Shown: positions 1 to 9,521 of the stretch, one piece after another
Position numbering within the stretch: the first letter of the stretch is position 1
Layout: each line of letters begins with the position of its first letter
Notes under the pieces: model-generated
The model's input: only the letters and a program-made list of their open reading frames with translations
Database searches by the model: none
What the model was told of the DNA's origin: nothing
Made by a program: the position numbers and the translations under genes
Source: Candidatus Sysuiplasma jiujiangense
Lineage (GTDB): Archaea; Thermoplasmatota; Thermoplasmata; Sysuiplasmatales; Sysuiplasmataceae
Assembly (NCBI GenBank): GCA_019721075.1
Contig: JAHEAD010000015.1
Coordinates: 1-46,138, forward strand
Direction: 5' to 3'
DNA length: 46,138 bases

Positions 1-8
1 ATCTTCCG

Positions 9-827
9 TGGAGTGCATCCCATTGCCTCCAAACAACGGAATGCACTCTCACATCAAAAAACAGTGCCAGTGCAGTAATTTCCCTATGCGGGACTACTGC
101 ACAGTTGCATTGGTGGCCTAGGGCCATTGAAGACAGAATCATCACAGGAGATAATTTATTATTAGAAATAGATAAAAATAAGAGGACGAACAGCGAATTG
201 GATCTACCAGAGAACAGTAGAAGAAGGACGTATCTGTTCTGGGCCCACTAAAAACAGAAGGTTCATACCCACAGCACCGGACCAGCTGTGGGAGACAGAC
301 ATAACATATGTCTGGTGCGGCATAGACAGATGGTGCTACCTGTTCAACAACCTGGACTGCTTTACAAGGGAATGGCTGGCATATGTGTTTGCCAGGGACA
401 TAAGGAGGCAGCATGCAATTGACTGTCTCCTCAAGGCAACAGAAGGAAGGGACCTGTCCAACCTCGTTCTGAGGTCTGACAACGGCTCTCAGTTCTCATC
501 CAGTGCATTCATGGAGTCCGTGAATGCGCAGGGCAAAGGCAGGAATTCATCGCAAACAGCACTCCAGAACAGCAGGGGCACATCGAGTCGTTTCACAGCA
601 CGCTGAAGACTGAATACATGTGGCTCATTGAGTTCGGCAGCTACGGTGAGGCCGCCGAATACATGCCACAAGTATTCGTCGATTACAACAATGCCAGAAT
701 TCACTCGGCAATAGGTTATTCAACACCAGGAGAGTTCTAAATGAATTGGAAGAAACAGCTTGCGCCGGAGGGGGTCACATCAAATCTACAGGGCAGAAAG
801 TGATTCTAAAAACAGGGGTCCATTCCA
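9..827 (+). mobile_element. Degenerate, internally deleted IS3-family element; candidate TG...CA terminal inverted repeats at 9-21 and 815-827
   Basis: Left TGGAGTGCATCCC versus right (reverse complement) TGGAATGGACCCC match at 10/13 positions and bracket the transposase remnant. No target-site duplication is visible. Confidence 0.5.
286..740 (+). pseudogene. IS3-family DDE transposase (integrase core) remnant, frameshifted and 5'-deleted
   Basis: Translation gives WETDITYVWCG...YLFNNLDCFTRE...LVLRSDNGSQF. After a frameshift near 535 it continues QEFIANSTPEQQGHIESFHSTLKTEY...DYNNARIHSAIGYSTPGEF*. These are the D, D and E motifs and C-terminal motif of the rve core. Confidence 0.88.
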
Positions 828-1119
828 TGCTTTCTTCTATTATTCATTTAACTTACCCATTGCTCATTATTCATTATTCAAATATTTCTATAATCTTTCC
901 ATCGTTAATCTTCTTCTAGTCATGCATGATAAATGTAATTCCGGTGTGTTGGTAAGTTGACTTTTTGTGGGCATCGGCTCCTGTCCCAGACCCCTTTAGA
1001 TCCGTAGACACCATTTTTGGAGACTTTGCAAGGGAATCAAAAGAAAAGTGAAGAGGATCAAGCATTGTAGCTCTTTGAAACACTATTGCCTTATAATTTA
1101 TTTGATTCAATATAGCATT

Positions 1120-1333
1120 CCTCAGAACTGATGTGGCTATTTGAACAGTCCGTTTATGGCTTGAGAATGCAGACGCTTTTCACAGTTGCAGGCTGTGTAT
1201 TCCTGGCGAAGCAGCGGAGTTCCGAGTAACACGAGATCTACGCTCCATCAACGAGACAAAGCCGTATTCCTCGCGTGGTTATCTCACACCTAGGGAGGAT
1301 AGAAGCAGGTTTATGGCGAAGGTGTTTGAATGA
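1120..1333 (+). pseudogene. Second, heavily degraded IS3-like transposase C-terminal relic
   Basis: Fragments LRTD, ENADAFHS and INETKPYSSRGYLTPRE resemble the LRSDNG, ESFHS and YNxxRPHSSLGYxTPxE motifs. Confidence 0.45.
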
Positions 1334-1622
1334 AACAAAACAATAAAAACACGCGCGAGTCCCTTTTCCCCTGATACCAGAACAGATACTAAAGAGGGGT
1401 AATCACGTCAAAACATACTTAATGTGCCTATGCCAGCAGTTCAAAAATGACACAGTGCAGAAGGAAACAATGTTATTCAAACGAAGTCCGGATATGCAAT
1501 CAAATACTGACGCGTTGTTCTGAAATTGGAAGAAGATGCTTTAAATACCCCTGTTTGGGTCTAGAATAAATATAGTGCGAATATCACAGGTATGACAGAA
1601 AAATTTGATAGAGAATATTGCC

Positions 1623-2423
1623 ATGAAAGTGAACGATAGAATTTCAATCATAATTCCAGTCATCAACGAAAGAGAAAACGTTGTAAACCTCCTATGTGAA
1701 TTTGATAAGCTGGTATCAGAATTTGGGCTTAATGTTCTTGACGAAGTCGTATTTGTTGATGATGGGAGTTCAGACGGCACTGTCGAAACTATCAAAGAAC
1801 AAGCCAGAGTAATTAATCGTAAGTACAAAATCAATATTGTGGAACGACACAAAAAAATGGGTCAAGTAGATGCTTGCATAATAGGAAGCAGAGTCGCAAA
1901 CAACGATACAATTGTGATAATGGACGCTGATTTACAGCATCCGCCTAAGACACTGATTGCTATGTCATCGAACAGGATAGATGATATCGACATAGTTGCT
2001 GCATCCAGACATGTAAGAGGTGGTGGCAATATTTGGTCACCGACAAGAGGCGTAATAAGCCGAGTCGCCATATTAATGGCGCAAATGCTGATTAAACCGG
2101 CACGAAGGCTAAAAGACCCAACCACAGGATACTTCATGACGAGTAGAGACAACATCTCGGATCTTCGCCCGTTAGCTAAACGCACAAAATTGATGCTATA
2201 CCTGCTATCCATGCGACCTGAATTGAAAGTGAAGGAAGTTGCATACACTTTCGTCGACCGCACGACCGGCAGATCAAAGACAATTACTCGAGGACCCTCT
2301 TTTATTGTCAATTATATTATTGAGGTTCTTGGATACATGAAACTCTGCGCGAAAAGTAGATTTACGATTAATAATTCACATAACAAGCGCTTAGCACAGA
2401 GATCTAGTTTCAGGGAACGATAA
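1623..2423 (+). CDS. Glycosyltransferase family 2, polyprenol/dolichol-phosphate mannosyltransferase-like
   Basis: ISIIIPVINE, VFVDDGSSDGT, IMDADLQHPP, DPTTGY and FVDRTTGRSK motifs. ATG at 1623 is preferred over the ORF-track TTG at 1605. Confidence 0.9.
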   Translation: MKVNDRISIIIPVINERENVVNLLCEFDKLVSEFGLNVLDEVVFVDDGSSDGTVETIKEQARVINRKYKINIVERHKKMGQVDACIIGSRVANNDTIVIMDADLQHPPKTLIAMSSNRIDDIDIVAASRHVRGGGNIWSPTRGVISRVAILMAQMLIKPARRLKDPTTGYFMTSRDNISDLRPLAKRTKLMLYLLSMRPELKVKEVAYTFVDRTTGRSKTITRGPSFIVNYIIEVLGYMKLCAKSRFTINNSHNKRLAQRSSFRER

Positions 2424-2966
2424 CACATTCATGATCATTAGTTTCTAACACCGGTTTGCTGCAGAGCCGTCATAGAAAGGGACGTAAACCACTATAGTTC
2501 CGTTTATTTGTAAATTTCAGAGCTCCTGTAATATCAACGGCGAAACCTATAGGGGGTTGCTGAAATTGAGTAAAGTAATTCCGGTAATCTACTTTCAAAG
2601 CACATTCAGTCGTGTTAAGCAATAATAGCAGTTATCGAAGATTAATTTTCAATAAAGATGGCGATAAATAGTTAGAGAATTGGCGGTTGCATGAGATATG
2701 GGGCGAGATGTGATATTTATGGTGAAGTAATTTGTTGTTCTATTCTCACCTTTTCATTTTGATCAATTTGTAAATTAATTTCTATCACGAACTCAGAGCA
2801 CCGCGCGATACTTGGCAGTAGTCGAAGGCAAACATCGTGAAGGATGTTGACGGCTACAACGACAGCTGATTTACACCGCATAAGGGCATGAACAACCTAT
2901 CGGGGTGGAGACACCGATGCTCTTATTTTGATGAGCACAAACCAATGCAAAAGGGCGAATAACTGA

Positions 2967-4062
2967 TCATTTATTAGTGTGAGTGTGCTGGCTTGAATAC
3001 AAACGTTCTATTCTGCCTGTTTGCAATGCTTTTCTGAATTCGAACAGAGTGAGGCAGAGAATTTTCAAACGTTTTGCTTCTACGACAACACCCCTATCCA
3101 GTCTGTCACCCACAAGTACTCCGGGCAGTCTGAGTTTCTTTGACTTCCTTACAACCTGTTTGAGTGCATCCATGTCTGCATGTGATTTTGCTTCCACAAA
3201 GAAGGACACCCCGTCTCTTACAAGAATATCGATTTCCTCATCGTGGCTGACAACTCTCGTTTTTGACTTCCAACCAATGTTTTCTGCGTAAAATTCTATT
3301 TTATCTCTAACTCTGTCCTCGATAATTCTACCCAAAGTATTACCCAGAGAACTTCTTTCCTTGCTGGCTACAGCAAATCCTTCGTGCATCTCCTTGATGA
3401 TTGCGTCGANNNNNNNNNNNNNNNNNNNNNNNNNNNNNNNNNNNNNNNNNNNNNNNNNNNNNNNNNNNNNNNNNNNNNNNNNNNNNNNNNNNNNNNNNNN
3501 NNNNNNNNAACTTGCGATCATGCTCTTCGAATTTCTTGTTGAATGAAGCTGTTGTCTCATCCATTCTCTTAATGATTTCATCGAACTTGCGATCATGCTC
3601 TTCGAATTTCTTGTTGAATGAAGCTGTTGTCTCATCCATTCTCTTAATGATTTCATCGAACTTGCGATCATGCTCTTCGAATCTTCTGTTGGCTGCGGCA
3701 AAACCTGCCTCTCTCTCCTTTCTTGCTTCTTCGAAGCCCTCGTGCATCTCCTTGATGATTGCGTCGAACTTGCGATCATGCTCTTCGAATCTTCTGTTGG
3801 CTGCGGCAAAACCTGCCTCTCTCTCCTTTCTTGCTTCTTCGAAGCCCTCGTGCATCTCCTTGATGATTGCATTGAATTTAGCATCGAGTGCTTCAAACCT
3901 TGCTGAAGACTCTTCAAAATGCCGTTCCATCACCTTTTCGAAGGAGTCAATTCGTTCCACTATTCCGGCGCTAACGACTACGCTGAACTCCCTCGCCACA
4001 TCAGGGTTTTCCCTGAGGAAGTCCACTATCCTCTTTACTTCCTCTCTTGTGACGTCCATCAT
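2967..4062 (-). CDS. Tandem-repeat coiled-coil protein with C-terminal PD-(D/E)XK nuclease-like domain (archaeal DUF3782-like); spans the assembly gap
   Basis: The N-terminal frame (4062 to the gap) has repeats ending FEEHDRKFD. The C-terminal frame (gap to 2967) has EIDILVRDGVSFFVEAKS. The frame change coincides with the N run at about 3410-3508. Confidence 0.75.
3509..3870. repeat. Coding tandem repeats: two 108-bp units plus at least two 75-bp units, running into the N gap
   Basis: The anchor TCGAACTTGCGATCATGCTCTTCGAAT recurs at 3581, 3656 and 3764 (spacings 75 and 108 bp) and partially at 3509. A further partial 108-type unit is seen at about 3380-3409. Confidence 0.92.
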
Positions 4063-4199
4063 GACGTGAATCCATAAAGGATGGATATTTAGTTATTCCT
4101 GCGGCATTTCCGAAAATCGCCTTGATAGAGAAGTAAAAAGTTTTACATTCGAAAGACAGTGATATCGGGAAAGTTACAGGATTGTTTTTACATGCGGTA

Positions 4200-4493
4200 T
4201 CACAAACTATGGAAATCAAATATCCTGCCGTCATCGTTGAATTTGATGTAAAACCTCAGCATTTTCGCTTTGCAGACGGCAAGACAGTTCCTGCCGGTCG
4301 TATTGTTACCATTTATTTCGAGCCTGTCTATACTTGGCCACTGAGTTGATTCCTTAACCTTAGCTATCATGTTCCTGAACGCAAAAGCGCATGTGCTGCA
4401 GCAGAAACGCCTTTTTTCGCCTTCCACCTCATCCCAGTATTCTCCCCATGTTGCATCGCACAGAGCACATCCACGTGTGTTGTTAATCTGCAA
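4200..4493 (-). CDS. TA0938-family small Cys-rich putative metal-binding protein
   Basis: GCALCDATWGEYWDEVEGEKRRFCCSTCAFAFRNMI. The TTG start at 4493 overlaps the stop region of the upstream gene. Confidence 0.75.
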   Translation of the reverse strand: MQINNTRGCALCDATWGEYWDEVEGEKRRFCCSTCAFAFRNMIAKVKESTQWPSIDRLEINGNNTTGRNCLAVCKAKMLRFYIKFNDDGRIFDFHSL

Positions 4494-5373
4494 ACTGCTC
4501 GCCCCTCTCAAGTCTTGCCATAAGGTAGTCGTCCAGGAGTTCCACTGTTTTGTAGACGACAGACTGGATGTCATGCTGAAGGTCCGTTGTGTTGCAGTAC
4601 TTCACTATGAGATCCAGAGCTTCCATCGAGTGACCCGCATCGGCCTTGTAACCTTCGTAAAGGAAGGACTTGACTGCTTCCGGATATTCCCTGTCCTCGA
4701 GGATGGCAGGGTCGAAATACGTCATGCTTGAACCCATCTTTTTAATGTCGGGATTGGCAGTGAGCTCGAGTGTATGCATTGCGGCCATTGTTTCAATCCA
4801 GGTGCATTCACTGGCGATACGATTCCACCATTTAAGGCAGTTTGCTGTGGCAGGCAGCGGTCTGCTTGCATACACCGTGTTTCTGCCGATACCGATGCTC
4901 TCGCCCATTCTGAGAAGAAGTTCATGGTGAGACGGTTGGACCGGAGGATTTCCCCTGAACTCCGAAACGATGTTGTCTATCTCATACATCTGCACATCCT
5001 CCAGGTCTGTACGGGAGATTATTGAAGCGCAGGATCTGACCCACTGGACAAGGAAATGGTGATGTTCCATCACATACCCGTAGATTGTCTTCTTGTCAGG
5101 ATGTTGGAGCTTCTGAATAAAGGGATGGGGCGGATCCGCATATATTCTTTCAATCAGGCGGTTCACGATCCATCCTTTCAGGTCTCCGTTAATCTCGTAA
5201 AGGTTGACGAGCAATGCCTCCAGTTCCGTCTCCGTAATTTTCTCGCGAACGACATATCTGTTCAGCCACCGGACATGCTGATTGCCGGCCTGTTTGGCAT
5301 TAACCAGCAGATGATTTGCCAGACCGGTAAATTTTGCGCCTTCAACCGTTTCAAGACACGCCGGGCATTTCAC
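4483..5373 (-). CDS. C2H2 zinc-finger fused to a TenA/PqqC/CADD-like heme-oxygenase-fold (iron-containing redox) domain
   Basis: N-terminal CPAC...H...H. C-terminal NIVSEF...SHHELL, AMHTLE and FLYEGYKADAGH match the spacing of HO-like diiron ligands. Confidence 0.75.
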   Translation of the reverse strand: MKCPACLETVEGAKFTGLANHLLVNAKQAGNQHVRWLNRYVVREKITETELEALLVNLYEINGDLKGWIVNRLIERIYADPPHPFIQKLQHPDKKTIYGYVMEHHHFLVQWVRSCASIISRTDLEDVQMYEIDNIVSEFRGNPPVQPSHHELLLRMGESIGIGRNTVYASRPLPATANCLKWWNRIASECTWIETMAAMHTLELTANPDIKKMGSSMTYFDPAILEDREYPEAVKSFLYEGYKADAGHSMEALDLIVKYCNTTDLQHDIQSVVYKTVELLDDYLMARLERGEQFAD

Positions 5374-5592
5374 ACAGATGTATAAGCGAAATTCCTATTA
5401 ACCAATTACGAATTTCCGGGGGATGCCGAAAGGCAAAGATTTGCTGCATATTTTATCCTCAGGCCGAATTCCAGATACTGGCAATCGACAGTTTGAATAA
5501 TTGCCTTCTCTATTCCTTGTTGGCGACGGTAATATGAAAAGTCTTTCCGCGGGGCATTTATCGTTGCTGTCAGGGAATGCAGGCGAATCGCC

Positions 5593-6231
5593 ATGATTGA
5601 CAGAGATCGGAGTGTAGCCGGCAATGCGCTTAAATGCATACAACCCGATCATGCTATCTCATTTGAGCAGCACTTCATTGCAGCTTATCTTGTAGCAATG
5701 GAACGGTGTAATGTGGTTCAGCACAATATGCGCCATCTTGAAAGCAAACACCCCGACATCGTGACGGTCGGTTATTCATCGGCAACACACAGATACATTG
5801 GCTGCGACGTTCTGGATTGGATGGACACGTGGTGGCCTTTGGAAATGAACCGGACCAAAGTGCTTCCAAAACTGCAGGAAAGGGTCAGACTGTTCAGGGC
5901 GATGATTCCGCTCAAGGATTCTCTCCGGAACGAGCATGCAGATGCAAAACCGCAGACGCGATACATCTTCTTCAGTTTCTCTTCCCCTTCCGACAGAATA
6001 CGCAGAGTCCTCCAGTCCATCGGGAATGATGCTGGCGTTCATATATTCAGCGCAGTTCAGGTAAAAAACCTGGCGAAAGCTTTAGCCGGATTCTTTGCAT
6101 CAACAGACCTGCTCCCCGATAATCATTTCGCAAGGGCTGTCCGGTTGCTTGCTGATGAAAAACGAGAAACAGTTGAGGCGGCTGATGTCCGGACTGTGAA
6201 GCAGAAGCCTTCAGGCGGCATTCAGAACTGA
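5593..6231 (+). CDS. Hypothetical protein, possibly a degenerate restriction-endonuclease-like fold
   Basis: 212-aa ORF. HPDIVTVG...IGCDV loosely resembles PD-(D/E)XK spacing but lacks the Lys. Confidence 0.55.
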   Translation: MIDRDRSVAGNALKCIQPDHAISFEQHFIAAYLVAMERCNVVQHNMRHLESKHPDIVTVGYSSATHRYIGCDVLDWMDTWWPLEMNRTKVLPKLQERVRLFRAMIPLKDSLRNEHADAKPQTRYIFFSFSSPSDRIRRVLQSIGNDAGVHIFSAVQVKNLAKALAGFFASTDLLPDNHFARAVRLLADEKRETVEAADVRTVKQKPSGGIQN

Positions 6232-6292
6232 GGAACGCATAGACTTTAACATTGACAGATGCATATCTGATTGCAGGGCAGAGAATGAGAAA

Positions 6293-7405
6293 ATGATAGA
6301 AGATACGGACTTCACAAGCTACAGACTTGGAAGATTGAGAAGCATATTATCAGACAACCCCGCCAATGTTGATCTGGCTGAGTTTATAAATCTTGCAATA
6401 GACCCCAATATTGACGAAGAGAGAATCGAAGGCATACTCCTTTACCACATGAAATCATCAGAATATTTCTTCACGCGTGTCCTTTCCGTAGATCAGACAT
6501 TTTACTGGCCAGCTGTCTTATTCACACGGCTGCTGGCAGTGAATGAAAGATACGGTGAGGCCATGGGCCTGCTTGATAGCGCCATCATGAAAACCGCATA
6601 CAATCCGCAACTTGCCGCCCGCTTTCATAACTTATACGCTGAGATTCTGCGGATTCCGGGAAAATACAATGATGCACTCACACACCTCAATATGGCGATA
6701 AGCCTTAACCGCACTGATCCGCGCAATTACATAGAGCAGGCAAGAACTTTCTATTGTAGCGGGCAAGAAAAAAAGTCGCTCAGGGCACTCAGAACAGCAG
6801 TTGCATTGATGTCGCCGGGCAGCGAGGTGAGAAGCATCCTCAAGCACGTCTTGAAGGGGGAAGAGAAGATTGAAAGCCTGTTCGGTGAACCGCCCTCCTA
6901 CGGCTCCCTCCTGAGATTCATGATTTTCGGCGGAAAGGCAGTTCGGGAAGTTCTGCAATCCGGTATTGAGAAATCGGGCATGCTGCAGGAGGGCATTAAG
7001 AGCATCCACACCAGCCCTTATGTGGAGAGAATCATGAATGGCGAGGATTGCGGAAATGTAATGACAGGTATAGAATCGGACTCATCTGACCTTCCCGCTG
7101 ACACAGATGCATTCGAATGGAAGGCTGAGAACCTAACTGATGTGCTGGAACAGCTGAGTCCGGGTTTCGAATTGCAGCAGTGCAGCCGTTACTTCGATGA
7201 CAGATGCAGCAGATGCACCCATTCCGAAGCCATCTATGCAGTTAACGGTCTGGGGAACTGCCCGTTTGACAGTGAATTTAAGGAATACATGAATAATCTT
7301 GTGACCCGAATTGCCGAAGAGATTAAAAGGGGTAAAAAGGTCGAAGACATAAGCGAACTTTCTGTCGAACAGAAGTTCAGGGAAATGGTCCCCCGCCGTA
7401 AATGA
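6293..7405 (+). CDS. TPR-repeat protein with C-terminal Cys cluster
   Basis: Helical repeats YGEAMGLLDSAI, YNDALTHLNMAISLNRTDPRNY and EKKSLRALRTAVALMSP. Cys motif CSRYFDDRCSRC...GNCPF. Confidence 0.7.
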   Translation: MIEDTDFTSYRLGRLRSILSDNPANVDLAEFINLAIDPNIDEERIEGILLYHMKSSEYFFTRVLSVDQTFYWPAVLFTRLLAVNERYGEAMGLLDSAIMKTAYNPQLAARFHNLYAEILRIPGKYNDALTHLNMAISLNRTDPRNYIEQARTFYCSGQEKKSLRALRTAVALMSPGSEVRSILKHVLKGEEKIESLFGEPPSYGSLLRFMIFGGKAVREVLQSGIEKSGMLQEGIKSIHTSPYVERIMNGEDCGNVMTGIESDSSDLPADTDAFEWKAENLTDVLEQLSPGFELQQCSRYFDDRCSRCTHSEAIYAVNGLGNCPFDSEFKEYMNNLVTRIAEEIKRGKKVEDISELSVEQKFREMVPRRK

Positions 7406-7489
7406 GATGAAAATTGATGGAACAGACAGATATGCAATTCGGGGCAGCCGTTGATTCAGGCACATTGCAAAGAGAAGGCGCTACGATTT

Positions 7490-8386
7490 ATGAATAACCG
7501 CAGGGGTCTTCCGGCCGGTATCGCAGATGGTGACGGCAAGGACGGCAATCACACGCTGATCGCAGACACCCAGATTATCAACGGATTGAAATCTGTTCCC
7601 CCTGGCGAGATGAACAAGCTTGCTGAGGCAGTCAGAATTTACCTCGACTATTTCTCACCTGCGGACGAGGAGGGCAGGACTCCCGCCCAGCGGGCCTCTC
7701 TGGAGATGCCAGAATGGCTGCGTTTGATTCGGCCCGAACCGGGTGAAAAACTGAGCGAACGGGACATCGAGATTCTCAGGGAAGACAATCTCTATTTCAG
7801 CAATGTCGTGATCCAGCGAATCATTCTGGACTGGAACGAGAATGAGGGCCTGGCCGGCGTCATCAACAGCATCATGACAGAGATTGAGAAACCTGGCACG
7901 AGAACGAAACTGGAGGAGGCCGGAAGGAATGCAGCCGGAGGACATGGAAGAAAAGACAGCCGTAACGGCAAGCAGCATAGCGAGCTCCTACGCGGATCTT
8001 CGTTGGAGGACATCATCATTGTCCCTTTCATGAGAGTCTACATGATCGAAGAAAGTTCGGATGCCTGGAACTGGCTGCTCTCATATCAAGACAGAAGGGT
8101 AATAGAATATTTCGGCGTGCTCCATTCAGTCCGGTTTGAGCAGAACGAAATGCCCGAGGAGGAAGTGCTTTCTGCCACCGCCTACTGCTTTAGACTCGAC
8201 GGATCGAAGGTGAAGGTCGGAACAAGGCTCGGAACGATCAACTTTGCCCGCAGCAGGATCGAAGTCAGCAGCGTTGTCAAGTCGCGTTTCAGGGTGCTGA
8301 CCGAGCTCGTTGAGGATATTTTTCGATTCCACGGGTTGGAACTGGTAAAGGAACTGACAGATTATTACGAGCGCCGTCCGGATTGA
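7490..8386 (+). CDS. Hypothetical protein
   Basis: About 298-aa ORF co-oriented with its neighbours. Contains IYLDYFSP...GRTPAQRA, which resembles the GxTPA C-terminal motif of DDE transposases. Confidence 0.65.
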   Translation: MNNRRGLPAGIADGDGKDGNHTLIADTQIINGLKSVPPGEMNKLAEAVRIYLDYFSPADEEGRTPAQRASLEMPEWLRLIRPEPGEKLSERDIEILREDNLYFSNVVIQRIILDWNENEGLAGVINSIMTEIEKPGTRTKLEEAGRNAAGGHGRKDSRNGKQHSELLRGSSLEDIIIVPFMRVYMIEESSDAWNWLLSYQDRRVIEYFGVLHSVRFEQNEMPEEEVLSATAYCFRLDGSKVKVGTRLGTINFARSRIEVSSVVKSRFRVLTELVEDIFRFHGLELVKELTDYYERRPD

Positions 8387-8547
8387 CAGTCATCTCGCTG
8401 ACTGTTTACTGGTGCCGAACCTGGTGCAGCGAACCCTTTCTGCCGTCCTCAATGCTTTCCCGGAATGTGAATTCTAAGGGGAACGGAAGGCTACGGCTGG
8501 CACATATCTGCAGTCCATGCAGCATTCGGCCACCCCCCAACTAGAGA

Positions 8548-8657
8548 TTTAAATAGGCCGGTCGTAGCGAAATACAATCAGGCGGGGTTACAGCATCCAC
8601 CGTCGTCAGATTGGCGGCCTGTGACTCCTTCGTCGAATACATTGCGCGGGATCGGAT
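8548..8657 (+). promoter_or_regulatory. Putative TATA box (TTTAAATA, 8548-8555) and hairpin-forming 5' leader of the recombinase gene
   Basis: The TATA lies about 25 nt before 8581. Stem GGGGTTACAG (8584-8593) pairs with CTGTGACTCC (8619-8628), with an inner CCGTCG/TGGCGG stem. Confidence 0.5.
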
Positions 8658-9521
8658 ATGAAACCAAGTCGGGAAGAACTGTCCAATTTCAGGACGTGGG
8701 CGATAGGCAGCGGAAAATACTCTCCGTCCACTGCCGTCAGAATGAATGTGACCGTGAAGTCGCTTTCGAAAAGATTCGACATACACAACATTTCTGCCGA
8801 AAAATTATGGTCTTATGTCGAAACCGAAAGAAAGAAGGGAAAGTGCGAAGGCACAATAAACAATGAAATGAAGGATATCAGGGCATGGCTCTCATTCAGA
8901 AAATCAGATGTTCGGGTTCCGATGCTCAGGATGAAGCGGAGCTGTGAACCCTGGATACCGACCGACGAAGAAGTCTGGAAAATGATAAATTCAGAAAAGC
9001 TCAATGACGGAGGCCTGAAAGGATTGAGAAACCGGGTGATGATAGAGATACTTGCATTCTGCGGACTGAGGGTTGGCGAGATGACTCGACTGAAGGTGAG
9101 GGACTATCAGAACGGCAGACTGCATGTCGAGAGCGAGAAGCTGGAGGCGGACAGGATCGTCGCAATGCCCGATTTCGTCAGGGACGACATCGAAGAATAT
9201 CTGAAAGCTGCCGATTTGAAGATGGAAAGCCCGTTATTCACTTCGGGCAACGGCAGTCTTTCCTACCACTGCATAAGAAACGTGATAAGAAAAGTCAGCT
9301 GCGATTGCGGTATTGGAAAAATGCATCCGCATGCACTGAGACACTGGTGCGCTACCCGGCTGATAAAGAACCGTGTGAGTCTGAGGGCTGTCCAGATACA
9401 TCTCGGGCATGCAACAATCAGCACCACCGAACGATACACGCACCTTTCGGGAGAAGACGTTGCACGGGAGATAGAGACAAGTTTCAATTCTTACAGCAAC
9501 ACAAACAGACGAAAACAGTGA
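8658..9521 (+). CDS. Tyrosine recombinase/integrase (XerC/D-like)
   Basis: Catalytic set is intact: GLRVGE (R), SEKLE (K), HPHALRH (HxxR), HLGH and TERYTH (Y). Confidence 0.95.
   Translation: MKPSREELSNFRTWAIGSGKYSPSTAVRMNVTVKSLSKRFDIHNISAEKLWSYVETERKKGKCEGTINNEMKDIRAWLSFRKSDVRVPMLRMKRSCEPWIPTDEEVWKMINSEKLNDGGLKGLRNRVMIEILAFCGLRVGEMTRLKVRDYQNGRLHVESEKLEADRIVAMPDFVRDDIEEYLKAADLKMESPLFTSGNGSLSYHCIRNVIRKVSCDCGIGKMHPHALRHWCATRLIKNRVSLRAVQIHLGHATISTTERYTHLSGEDVAREIETSFNSYSNTNRRKQ

Noticed and set aside
3509..3870. Recurrent 27-bp motif as a CRISPR array
   Set aside because: The intervening segments are themselves duplicated, in frame and coding, and there are no cas genes.
3340..3917. Apparent frameshift or two overlapping genes (2967-3917 and 3340-4062)
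   Set aside because: The frame change falls in the arbitrary-length N gap, so a single gene is the simpler explanation.
8490..8538. tRNA-Cys-like fragment on the minus strand (GGGGGGTGGCCGAA...GGACTGCAGAT) as an integrase att site
   Set aside because: The anticodon stem does not pair, and there is no T-arm (GTTC) or acceptor complement.
8658..9521. Integron integrase with cassette array
   Set aside because: There is no IntI-specific insertion between the catalytic boxes and no repeated attC-like sites between neighbouring genes.
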